From Alphaproteobacteria bacterium (lineage in GTDB: Bacteria; Pseudomonadota; Alphaproteobacteria; RF32; CAG-239), in contig JAZUCK010000001.1 in NCBI GenBank assembly GCA_045639065.1, positions 11,331 through 75,330 of the forward strand: a stretch of DNA of 64,000 nucleotides. Direction: 5' to 3'. The notes under the pieces are model-generated. The model ran no database searches. It was given only the letters and a program-made list of their open reading frames with translations, and was not told where the DNA came from. A program made the position numbers and the translations under genes. Positions 18,041 to 26,747 of this stretch are shown here, piece after piece. Each line of letters starts with the position of its first letter. Position 1 is the stretch's first letter.

Positions 18041-18565
18041 TTACAGTTTTTTAGACATATAGATGGCGGTTTCGTCGTCGTTTTTCATATCGGCGTAGGG
18101 TTCCAAATTTTTGCCTTGCCACCAAAGTCCGGTTCCGTCGGGAATAAAACCTCGTTTGATGTACATTCTTTGAGCTGAGCCATAATCACGGTGTAAGCCT
18201 ACACCCAAATAAACAGTATCGGAATATTTTTTGGCCAAGTCTTCGGCTACTTGCATTAGGGTGTTACCGATACCGTGATTGCGATATTTCATCAATACGC
18301 CGAAATCGACCAATTCAGGAAGACCTTTGCCGCCGAAAGAACCGCCCATAGAATTGGGGTAGACATTGAAGTATCCGGCGACATTACCTTTGTATTCGGC
18401 AACCAAGGCAACGCATTTGCCATCGGCCACGTCTTTTAGTCTTTGGGTGTATTTTTCTTCTTTTTGATTAACCCAGCCTTGTGCGATTTCTTCATCAGTG
18501 ATGATTTTGGGGTCTGTTTCAACCATATCTCTGATTATAATGTCATTGTTGTTATAGTATATCAT
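18041..18565 (-). CDS. GNAT family N-acetyltransferase
   Basis: DFGVLMKYRNHGIGNTLM acetyl-CoA motif, GLHRDYGSAQRMYIKRGF. Confidence 0.9.
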   Translation of the reverse strand: MIYYNNNDIIIRDMVETDPKIITDEEIAQGWVNQKEEKYTQRLKDVADGKCVALVAEYKGNVAGYFNVYPNSMGGSFGGKGLPELVDFGVLMKYRNHGIGNTLMQVAEDLAKKYSDTVYLGVGLHRDYGSAQRMYIKRGFIPDGTGLWWQGKNLEPYADMKNDDETAIYMSKKL

Positions 18566-18678
18566 CTGATTTCTCCATTTTTTTTGTTTGTTTTTGCATA
18601 TTAAAGTTGTGATGTCAACAAGAATATATTTTTTTTGTAAAATTTTGTCTAGACATTTGACCTTAATTAAAGTATATT

Positions 18679-19890
18679 ATGAATGGCTTGTTGGTATGTT
18701 TTTATATGGCGGTATTTACTTATATGATAAATAATAATGAGAGCGTTAATAATGACTATATAAGTTCGGTTAGTTTTTGTAAAAAATCTGACAAGTCTAA
18801 TTGTATTGAAGATATTTCGACAGTTGATGTTAATAAGCCGTGTTTGCTTTGTTTGGGTGGTGAACGTACTCATTTGAAAGAGATATTGGATGAGTATTAT
18901 TTATCGCCCCTCACATCGCTTATGGATAGATCAAATTTACGAGGCAAGGTAACGGTGTGCGGGGCCTTGTATGATTTTAAAAAAAATGAAAATTCGTCTG
19001 AATTGATTTTTAACCCGTATAGAGCGAGAAAACAGCTTTTTCATGAGCATAAGCGCTTTAACAATGGCTCGGAATTATCCGGCCTTACCGATGATGAATG
19101 TAATCCACGCTATGTTGAACAATTATATGACTGCTTTATAAAAAATAGAATTTGCGATGATGATGGAAAAAAACTCGTAGTTGATGTTGCAAAAAAGAAT
19201 ATACGTTCTTTAGTTATTTATGCTCATTGTCATGGTTCATACAGTGCGCTTAAATTGGAAGAGCTAATGCAAAAAAAGATGAAAAATATCGGCTATTCAA
19301 AACAAGAAAGAGCAGAAATACAAAGTCAATTGTTGGTTGTTAATCAGGCGCCGGCATGTCCGTTAGGAATTTCAAAATCAATGTTTTTATCGTTTTGCTG
19401 TGTCCAAGATTATAATGTTAACCATAATAATTATTTTCAGGCAGTATGTCAGATGCCCGATAAATATAAATTGAATACGCCTTTTTCTTATTTTGAACAA
19501 AGCAAAGGAAATTTTTTCTTGATACCAAATGTATGGTCAGATTCTGATTCAATAAATCCTCATTCTTTTGGGATAAGGCCGGATAGAAATATGAATATGC
19601 ATGCTTTTACGGCTATTGGTATGGCAAATAATGCAATTGTCAGGGCTTTGAAAAATTCATTGAACCAAAACGAAGATTTACCTGATGTTAAAGATCTTGT
19701 TTGTCGAAATAAAAAGGACAAAATATTTTTTGAAAAAGTAAAATATGCCGGTGAACGTTTGTGGGATAATGTAGTATATCTTGCCAGAACGCGTCATGAT
19801 ACTGTAAAGAAGATGGGGTTATCAGAAACAAAAGCACAAGACATAGATTATTCAAATTTAATTATTGAAACACAGCAGTGTGAAAGATAG
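18679..19890 (+). CDS. Hypothetical protein, possible alpha/beta-hydrolase fold
   Basis: Long ORF; hydrophobic strand followed by AHCHG, resembling a nucleophile elbow. Confidence 0.55.
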   Translation: MNGLLVCFYMAVFTYMINNNESVNNDYISSVSFCKKSDKSNCIEDISTVDVNKPCLLCLGGERTHLKEILDEYYLSPLTSLMDRSNLRGKVTVCGALYDFKKNENSSELIFNPYRARKQLFHEHKRFNNGSELSGLTDDECNPRYVEQLYDCFIKNRICDDDGKKLVVDVAKKNIRSLVIYAHCHGSYSALKLEELMQKKMKNIGYSKQERAEIQSQLLVVNQAPACPLGISKSMFLSFCCVQDYNVNHNNYFQAVCQMPDKYKLNTPFSYFEQSKGNFFLIPNVWSDSDSINPHSFGIRPDRNMNMHAFTAIGMANNAIVRALKNSLNQNEDLPDVKDLVCRNKKDKIFFEKVKYAGERLWDNVVYLARTRHDTVKKMGLSETKAQDIDYSNLIIETQQCER

Positions 19891-19907
19891 TTTTTTGGTG
19901 TATCTAA

Positions 19908-20036
19908 CCTTGTGCAATTTATTCATCAGTAATGAGTTCAGGTTCCTGATTAGAATGTCATTGCTGTTATAGTATATCATATCTTTTCTTCGTTATTTGT
20001 TTTTTATTTTGCGCATTAAAGAGTAGTTGTCAACAA
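19908..20036 (-). pseudogene. Degenerate duplicate of the 5' end and upstream region of GNAT 18041-18565
   Basis: Aligns to 18477-18621 (MIYYNSNDILIR vs MIYYNNNDIIIR) with a ~16-bp deletion and GAA>TAA. Confidence 0.75.
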
Positions 20037-20089
20037 CAGATGGACTTTTAGATTTTTCGGATATATGATGTGAAATAAGTGAGGCGGTA

Positions 20090-20797
20090 ATGGGAAAGTT
20101 TGTTGTTGTTTCAGGGCTTCCGGCGAGTGGAAAGTCAACCTTGATAAAAGCGTTAAAAGAAAAGTACAATATTGTTATTGTGCCCGAGCATAATGAGTGG
20201 GTTAATAACAAATTTCCTAAAAAGCCCGAAAATAAAGAAGAAAAAATCGAAAAGCAAAAGTTTTTCCTAAATATTGATGTGGCTCGCTATAATTGGGCAA
20301 AAGAACATCTAGATAAGGCAGATGTGGTGTTGTCTGATACGGACTTTACTTCGCCTTTGGCGCATAATTATGCGGAAAGATGGCAAGAAGGGGCTTTTGA
20401 TATATATGCCGAATTGGTTGATGAATATACGAGTTGTTTGAAGAGTGGAAAGTTGGGGTTGGCAGATAAATATATTTATTTAGACGTATCGCTTGATGAG
20501 AGGTTGAATCGACGCATGGAAGATTTTGAAACAACCGAGCGAAAACGTAATGATTTGTTTTTTACTCCGCCGTTTCCGCAAAATATGAGGCATTTTTATT
20601 ACCAGATGATGTGTGAAGAATCGGAAAGAAAATGTTTGCCGGCCGTATGGTACGATAATTGTAAGTCTAAAACAGAAGCTTTGGAAGATATGTGGGAGTT
20701 TATCATAAAAACTCAAAAGGCAGACGATACACAAAAGATTACGGACGAGTTTGTCAGAGTTTTGATGGCAACGGTTGATGACAATCAACAATATTAA
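20090..20797 (+). CDS. P-loop kinase, deoxynucleoside/thymidylate kinase-like
   Basis: N-terminal VVVSGLPASGKST, VVLSDTD, YIYLDVS..ERLNRR. Confidence 0.65.
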   Translation: MGKFVVVSGLPASGKSTLIKALKEKYNIVIVPEHNEWVNNKFPKKPENKEEKIEKQKFFLNIDVARYNWAKEHLDKADVVLSDTDFTSPLAHNYAERWQEGAFDIYAELVDEYTSCLKSGKLGLADKYIYLDVSLDERLNRRMEDFETTERKRNDLFFTPPFPQNMRHFYYQMMCEESERKCLPAVWYDNCKSKTEALEDMWEFIIKTQKADDTQKITDEFVRVLMATVDDNQQY

Positions 20798-21294
20798 ATA
20801 TTGTATGCCAGTAATGTTTCGTCGGCGTCAAGGTCGGGGTGGGGCATTTTCTGAGTATATTCAGGCAATATCATTCCGCCGTTTTTGGTGTAAAAATCGA
20901 GGGCTTTGTGATTGGCGGATAAGGCATATAAATAAAATGGTTTTCCGGCTACAATTTCTTTGAATTTGTCAAATATAGCTTTACCGATACCGGTTCTTTG
21001 GTATTCGGGCAAAACGTAAAATGCGCGTAGTTCAAACTGAAAAACATCGCTATACTGGCGAGGAAGACCGCCAATGCAAAATCCGACTATTTTATTATCG
21101 AGCTCAGCAACAAGGCAGATATCATCTTGGTTTTCTATCAGATTTTTGATATATTCTATACGTTTGTCACTCAAATTGCGATTAGCTAAAAAATCGTCGG
21201 GCAAAATACCTTTGTATGCATCTTTCCAGGTGATTACATTGATAATAGCGATACTTTCGGAATCGGATAAAATAGCGTGACGGATTTTTAACAT
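20794..21294 (-). CDS. GNAT family N-acetyltransferase
   Basis: TWKDAYKGILP, FYVLPEYQRTGIGKAIF, NHKALDFYTKNGG. Confidence 0.9.
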   Translation of the reverse strand: MLKIRHAILSDSESIAIINVITWKDAYKGILPDDFLANRNLSDKRIEYIKNLIENQDDICLVAELDNKIVGFCIGGLPRQYSDVFQFELRAFYVLPEYQRTGIGKAIFDKFKEIVAGKPFYLYALSANHKALDFYTKNGGMILPEYTQKMPHPDLDADETLLAYNI

Positions 21295-21427
21295 TTTGTT
21301 TTTCCTTGTTTATATGTATAGGTGGTATTGTATTTATTTTATTTTGTTAAGTCAAATGTAAAAAAGTGCTTGACCGGCATAGTTGTTTAGTGTAACCTAC
21401 TGTTCAGTGTTTAACAAAAAGGATTAG

Positions 21428-21560
21428 AAAATGTTTTTGAGCATTTCAAAACAACTCAAGTCAAAGAAACGTCTGGAAGTGAATTCCCGTCGAAGTTGAG
21501 TGTGTGCTTAAAACATTTGTACATGGTTACTAAAACGGGATGAATAATCCCGTTTTTTTT
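21428..21560 (+). promoter_or_regulatory. Candidate attenuator leader: 22-codon uORF (21431-21499) inside a large stem, followed by an intrinsic terminator (21532-21560)
   Basis: AAGGA RBS, MFLSISKQLKSKKRLEVNSRRS*, AAATGTTTTTGAGCA/TGCTTAAAACATTT pairing, AAAACGGGA...TCCCGTTTTTTTT. Confidence 0.5.
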
Positions 21561-21582
21561 GTGTTTAAGTTAAGGAAAGATA

Positions 21583-22419
21583 ATGAATAATTTACAAAAA
21601 TATATGATTAACAATCAAGTGGTATGGAAAGGTCGTCTTGAAAAAATAAATGGTGTTCGTCAAGAAAGAGCGCCAAGCTTTATTATTCGTCCCCTAAATA
21701 GAAATGATGCCGAAGAAATGGGCAATTTGTCAGCAACTATTTACCGTAATTTGGGAAAAGGTGAAGAGTGTTTTATTCACCGCCATGATAAAGAATATTA
21801 TCATCAAATTTTTGATAATGAGAATATTCATTATATCGGGGTATTTGCCGGTTCGAAGCTTATTGGTATGTCATATATTCATTTATGCCATGATAGAGAA
21901 AGTTTTAATGACGAAATCCCTAACAGCCCGGTTGACTTTTTTGAAGGTGGCAGAACTTCGTTGGTGGCTGCTATGGGAGCAGATTGTGTGCATCCGGATT
22001 ATCGTGGCAATCATCTTAATCAAACAATGATACAATGCCGTTTAGAATTAGCTTCAAGTTTGGGATGTTCTGATGCTTTTTCGATTATTGACCGAAATAA
22101 TCGTTGGAATATGCCGCCATATTTTAATAATGGTTTTAATATGTATGCTTCGACAATCGATCCTTCGGATAATGGAAAAATTGCTTTGATGCATAATGAT
22201 TTGCTCAATACTCGTCAGTCAGACGGTAGAGGAATTAGTGTGCCGTATAACAGGTTGGATTTGATAGATAGCTTGATGGCAAAAGGATATATCGGAAACG
22301 GTTATGATGCTAAGAGCGGTAACATTAAATTTGTTTTGAATAATCAAAATGAAAATAATAATGAAAGAAATCAGTTTGTTGTAATAGCCAGAATGATGAA
22401 AGGATCGTGCCGTGTTTAA
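21583..22419 (+). CDS. GNAT-fold acyltransferase
   Basis: ADCVHPDYRGNHLNQTMI motif A; RBS AAGGA. Confidence 0.75.
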   Translation: MNNLQKYMINNQVVWKGRLEKINGVRQERAPSFIIRPLNRNDAEEMGNLSATIYRNLGKGEECFIHRHDKEYYHQIFDNENIHYIGVFAGSKLIGMSYIHLCHDRESFNDEIPNSPVDFFEGGRTSLVAAMGADCVHPDYRGNHLNQTMIQCRLELASSLGCSDAFSIIDRNNRWNMPPYFNNGFNMYASTIDPSDNGKIALMHNDLLNTRQSDGRGISVPYNRLDLIDSLMAKGYIGNGYDAKSGNIKFVLNNQNENNNERNQFVVIARMMKGSCRV

Positions 22420-23257
22420 TAAATATAATTTTTCGTCAGGAAAAGATGGTTTGCATATTCTTATTTTGGGTGGGGTTCACGGTAATGAAGTTGCCGGAAC
22501 TATTGCTCAGCGCAAAATTATCAGACAATTAGAAACCGGTAAGTTGAAAATGAAATCGGGTAGTGTCACTTTTGTTCCGGTGGTTAATGAAGCTGCACAT
22601 AGAAATGATACTCGATTTGTTGATGTTAACCTTAATCGAGTGGTTCGTTTTCATCAAAATCCTAGTAATAATGAAGAAAGAATAGCTAATTGTCTTGTTA
22701 AAGAAATTGATAATTGCGATTTTATGCTTGATTTGCATTCTACACATTGTGAAGGAGATACAGAATTTGCATTTATTGATTATAATACTGCAAGAAACAG
22801 AGAGTTATTATCTTTAGTGCCGGTTAAAAATGCGCTTGCAGGATGGCCGGAAATTTATGCAAAAAACGGAACAATTGCCGATTGCTGTACTGAAAGATAT
22901 GCTTATTTGAATAATAAGGCCGGTATTACTGTTGAATGCGGTTATCACAAATCATCAAGGGCTGTTGATGTTGCTTTAAATTCAATTTTGAATGTTTTGA
23001 CACATTATGGCATCGTTGATTTACCAAGATCTAAAAGAAATGAACAAAATGTTATAAATATGAGTTCTTTTGTGGTAAAAACATCAGCGGGAAAATTAAG
23101 CCGTAATTATCAGCATTTGACCAAAATTAAAAAAGGCGAAGTGTTGGCTCGTTATGATAATGGTGAAAATATTGTTGCTGAGGCTGACGGATATATAATT
23201 ATTCCGAATCACAATGCAAATATTGGTGATGAGTGGTTTTATTTGGGATATCGATAA
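22412..23257 (+). CDS. Succinylglutamate desuccinylase / aspartoacylase family (M14-like) deacylase
   Basis: GGVHGNE, VNLNRV, LDLHS, TVECGYH; overlaps upstream GNAT by 8 nt. Confidence 0.85.
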   Translation: MFNKYNFSSGKDGLHILILGGVHGNEVAGTIAQRKIIRQLETGKLKMKSGSVTFVPVVNEAAHRNDTRFVDVNLNRVVRFHQNPSNNEERIANCLVKEIDNCDFMLDLHSTHCEGDTEFAFIDYNTARNRELLSLVPVKNALAGWPEIYAKNGTIADCCTERYAYLNNKAGITVECGYHKSSRAVDVALNSILNVLTHYGIVDLPRSKRNEQNVINMSSFVVKTSAGKLSRNYQHLTKIKKGEVLARYDNGENIVAEADGYIIIPNHNANIGDEWFYLGYR

Positions 23258-23269
23258 TTTTTTTCCACC

Positions 23270-23455
23270 TAAAAATGAACCTTTTCATTTATACTGTCGT
23301 TATAAATGGTAGAAAGGTGATGAAAAATACAAGATATTTCTGATTTAATTAAAGAAGCAAAACCTTTGTATCACAAACGAAAAAGACAAAGACGTGTTGT
23401 AAAGTCGGCTTTGGTCGGTATGGCTTGCTTGTTTTTGATCTTTGTAAATTTGCCA
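23270..23455 (+). repeat. 186-bp direct repeat, left copy of 27652-27837 (ECF promoter plus 5' end of the 27709 gene)
   Basis: Near-identical sequence 4382 bp apart; ATG 27709 corresponds to ATA 23327. Confidence 0.92.
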
Positions 23456-23528
23456 TGCTATTATAGTAGATCATTTGATTTATCCGTTTTTTGTACTATG
23501 GGGACTGTACTATAATCTATTAATATAG

Positions 23529-24098
23529 TCAATAAGAAGAGTTTTGGTGTTTTTTTAGTTTAGGAAGCACAACATTTTGGAGGTGGTCGTTTTGACTGTT
23601 TTTAATGAATTTTTGAGCCAATTCATCTGTTTTTTTAATAAACTTAGCCGGATTTCCGGCCCAAACTTCGCCATCCGGAATACTTTTGGTTACAACAGAG
23701 CCGGCTCCGACAACGGCATTATCTCCAATTGTAACACCGGACATTATAATGCTGCGACATCCTATAAAAACGTTGTTGCCTACTTTTATGTCATTAAAGG
23801 CGATAACATTTTTTGTGTCTTTATAGTCTATATATTGCAAAGCTCGTAAAAAACTACCGTCATGAGTTAAGAAACAAACATCATAAGAAATCAGACAATT
23901 ATCGCCGATTTCGATTAGAAAAGGCTCTGAGCCGAAATTGGGGTGTCCGACAAATTTGCTGTCTTTGCCGATTTTCACTCCGAGAGAACGATAATATTCA
24001 TTGTTGTCCTTATATTTTTTGTAGCTAAATGTCTTTATTCCCAAAAATTTTATATGAATTTTTCCGTTTGGTTTTAAGACCTTTTCGAATATTTTCAT
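23529..24098 (-). CDS. Left-handed beta-helix (hexapeptide) O-acyltransferase
   Basis: GSEPFLIEIGDNC, FLTHDG, VGNNVFIG, VVGAGSVVTKSIP..VWAGNPAK. Confidence 0.88.
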   Translation of the reverse strand: MKIFEKVLKPNGKIHIKFLGIKTFSYKKYKDNNEYYRSLGVKIGKDSKFVGHPNFGSEPFLIEIGDNCLISYDVCFLTHDGSFLRALQYIDYKDTKNVIAFNDIKVGNNVFIGCRSIIMSGVTIGDNAVVGAGSVVTKSIPDGEVWAGNPAKFIKKTDELAQKFIKNSQNDHLQNVVLPKLKKHQNSSY

Positions 24099-24136
24099 AG
24101 ATAATATTCCTTTTTTATTGCTGAAATGTTGTCTGT

Positions 24137-25021
24137 TTAATCTATTTTTTGATGTATCAAATTACTTAATTTTGTACCGCCTAGTTCGTTTAAGTGATCA
24201 CAATCCTTAAAATCAATTATTTCGAATAATTCGGAATCGTAGTAATCAATTATGCAAATTTGCGGATGTTGTTTTTGCAGTTTGAATAATTCGCTGAACA
24301 AAACGTTTTTATTCGGCAATAACAGTCTTAAATCTGCACGCATTGGTGGAATTATGACATATAATTTATGATTATTCGCTACGGTATCGCATACAAATTG
24401 TTTTATGTATTCGTGTTGTGATGAATTGCGTCTGTTGTGTTTTAGCCAACGTCTTGCTATTGATGCAACATCACAAATCTCATTTTTATCCTGATAAAAA
24501 CAAGATTTTCCTCTGTAATCATCTGATGTTTCAGCAGGTGTATTTTTTAATATGGGAGAAAGACATCTTTCCAAGTGTTTTAATGATTTCGGAGCTTCTT
24601 CCTGATAGTCTATATCATAAAAAATTTTATAGGGTATACACTTAAATGCTTCATTGGTTTTGCATAATTGAAAACCGGGAGAAAAAGGCGAATAAAATAA
24701 TATAATGTTTTCTAAATTAGGGTGTTTTTTAGCCAACATATATTTATAAAGATTGTACGATATATATAAATCTTGGCTTGAGCCGCCCAAATTGTAGTCA
24801 TTTTGTTTGGGGACAAAACCGTTCATGGCATGAGAAGAACCTAAGATGAGATTTTTTACATTTTTGGCATTAGCTATGTTTTTATATTTTACCGTATCCA
24901 ATCTCATTGTAGGCATATTATTTTTAATAAAAGACTTGCCTATATACTCATAAATTTTAAATCCGAAAAAATAAACCTCTCGCTCGCCGTTTGAGTTCTT
25001 TTTTTTGTAAAAAAGTTTCAT
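24137..25021 (-). CDS. Putative SGNH-fold esterase/acyltransferase in glycan operon
   Basis: ILGSSH block I, DCDHLN DxxH block V. Confidence 0.6.
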   Translation of the reverse strand: MKLFYKKKNSNGEREVYFFGFKIYEYIGKSFIKNNMPTMRLDTVKYKNIANAKNVKNLILGSSHAMNGFVPKQNDYNLGGSSQDLYISYNLYKYMLAKKHPNLENIILFYSPFSPGFQLCKTNEAFKCIPYKIFYDIDYQEEAPKSLKHLERCLSPILKNTPAETSDDYRGKSCFYQDKNEICDVASIARRWLKHNRRNSSQHEYIKQFVCDTVANNHKLYVIIPPMRADLRLLLPNKNVLFSELFKLQKQHPQICIIDYYDSELFEIIDFKDCDHLNELGGTKLSNLIHQKID

Positions 25022-25059
25022 ATGATATTTTCCATAAATTTTACATTGGTATATTTATA

Positions 25060-26745
25060 TTATTTTGTTGTTTTATTTGGTAGTTTCAACATTTCACCAA
25101 ATTTATAATCCCATGTAACAGGCTCAAATGCATCAGTTCCGTTTCCTGGATAAAATGTCAACTCGCCTATATATAATTTTTCTCCTGTATCAAAAAAATC
25201 AACGCGCACAAAAGGAAATTCTTTGGACAACTTTTGTGCTATCTGCATCATTTCTTCAAAATTATTAGGTTTATTTATTCCATTTGGAGATGGATGAGAT
25301 GTCCATGTAAAAGGCAATTTATTATATTCAGCATCGTAAAAGTCATAACATTTGTTATTGAATCTGTCAGATACAATTAGCATAAATTTTATTTGGTTAT
25401 TAAAGCAATAGAATTTATAATCATACAAATCACCATTAAATTGTTGTAAAAACTCTTCAACAATAATTTTAGGCTCGATATCTTTATATACCCACTCAAA
25501 AAAGCTATAGTAATGATTGTTTTCCGGTTTCATCCAGTTTGATAATTTTTGTTTTGCTTCTTTGATGTCTAATTTTGACTTATCGGTTACGATAATATTT
25601 TGACCGCTACCCCAATTTACTTTGGCAACAAATTTATTCGGTAATGCATCAAAGTCTATTTCATCTGCGGAATTATATATTCCGATAATCGGCACCAAAT
25701 ATTCTTCGCCGATTTTTTCTTTTACATAATCTCTGACACCAACTTTGTCGGCACATTTGGTCATCAATGGGTCACGATAATAAAGCTTCAGCCATTGGAT
25801 TTTTTCGTTAAAAGTTTGAGGATTATCAAGATTCAATTCATAACCGGTTGCCTTTTTGAATTGAACTTCAAGACAATAGCGTATTTCTTCCTCGGTTAAC
25901 CCCTTAAAACGTTTGGCATATATTTTTTTGTATTTTTTATTCTTCTTTTTGTAACTGAATAATTTTATACCAAGCAGATAAATTGTTCTTTTACCGTCAG
26001 GTCCTTTTACCTTCTTGAATATTTTGAAATTAGGGTATTTTAATTTATCTTGGTTGTGTTTTTTTCCGTAGTGATATAAAAAATCTCCATTTTCACGATG
26101 TTCTGTTCCTTTTTCATAAAAGGGCAAGACACTGATATTGTTTTTCCATATTGCATAGTCAAATGATAATTGGTCACGTTTTGAATATTTTTCTATCATT
26201 TGCCACCACAATGACAGAGCATCCTTAATATTGTTATGTCGTCTGAAGATTATGCATGTTTCATGTAGTCCGTTATTAGTAGGATAATTTTCTGTTTTTA
26301 AGTGTTTCATTTCTTCTTTTACGGTTTTTGCGTAATCTATATCGGCACCGATAATTATTTTTGCTTCTTCATAAATGCATGCTCTTGCAGGATGTAACGG
26401 GACACTTATCTGAATGTTGTCAGCCAACATTTTTTCCACTTTATTTATTACATTTGGGGATTTAACAATAATGTTAGCATCAAGCCATAAGCTTGCTTCA
26501 TAGTTTGGAAATAAGATATGTGTGTTTACCTTATGCCATCTGGCATTTTTTACATTTGTTTGCTTATCAAAAACAAGAGGTCTTATTTCCCAGTGACCGA
26601 TGTGCTTCTTTTCAATAAGTTCTTTATTGTCTGTGAAAAACACATAATCCCAATCGTTACTTACAGCTTCGTATTGAGGGATGTCATCATATCCTCCGGT
26701 ACAACATGTATAACAAACTATTTTATGACTGTTTTTTGTAACCAT
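25060..26745 (-). CDS. Fusion of DUF616-like glycosyltransferase and TupA-like ATP-grasp domain
   Basis: YTCCTGGYD, WLDAN, HPARACIYEEA, SKRDQLSFDY; then NPQTFNEKIQWLK, DKVGVRDYV, YDYKFYCFN, RVDF, GELTFYPG. Confidence 0.85.
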   Translation of the reverse strand: MVTKNSHKIVCYTCCTGGYDDIPQYEAVSNDWDYVFFTDNKELIEKKHIGHWEIRPLVFDKQTNVKNARWHKVNTHILFPNYEASLWLDANIIVKSPNVINKVEKMLADNIQISVPLHPARACIYEEAKIIIGADIDYAKTVKEEMKHLKTENYPTNNGLHETCIIFRRHNNIKDALSLWWQMIEKYSKRDQLSFDYAIWKNNISVLPFYEKGTEHRENGDFLYHYGKKHNQDKLKYPNFKIFKKVKGPDGKRTIYLLGIKLFSYKKKNKKYKKIYAKRFKGLTEEEIRYCLEVQFKKATGYELNLDNPQTFNEKIQWLKLYYRDPLMTKCADKVGVRDYVKEKIGEEYLVPIIGIYNSADEIDFDALPNKFVAKVNWGSGQNIIVTDKSKLDIKEAKQKLSNWMKPENNHYYSFFEWVYKDIEPKIIVEEFLQQFNGDLYDYKFYCFNNQIKFMLIVSDRFNNKCYDFYDAEYNKLPFTWTSHPSPNGINKPNNFEEMMQIAQKLSKEFPFVRVDFFDTGEKLYIGELTFYPGNGTDAFEPVTWDYKFGEMLKLPNKTTK

Positions 26746-26747
26746 TT

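Noticed and set aside
21428-21560. Known riboswitch or T-box assignment
   Set aside because: No consensus elements of T-box, lysine, SAM, guanidine or cyclic-dinucleotide riboswitches were recognisable; kept only as a candidate attenuator.
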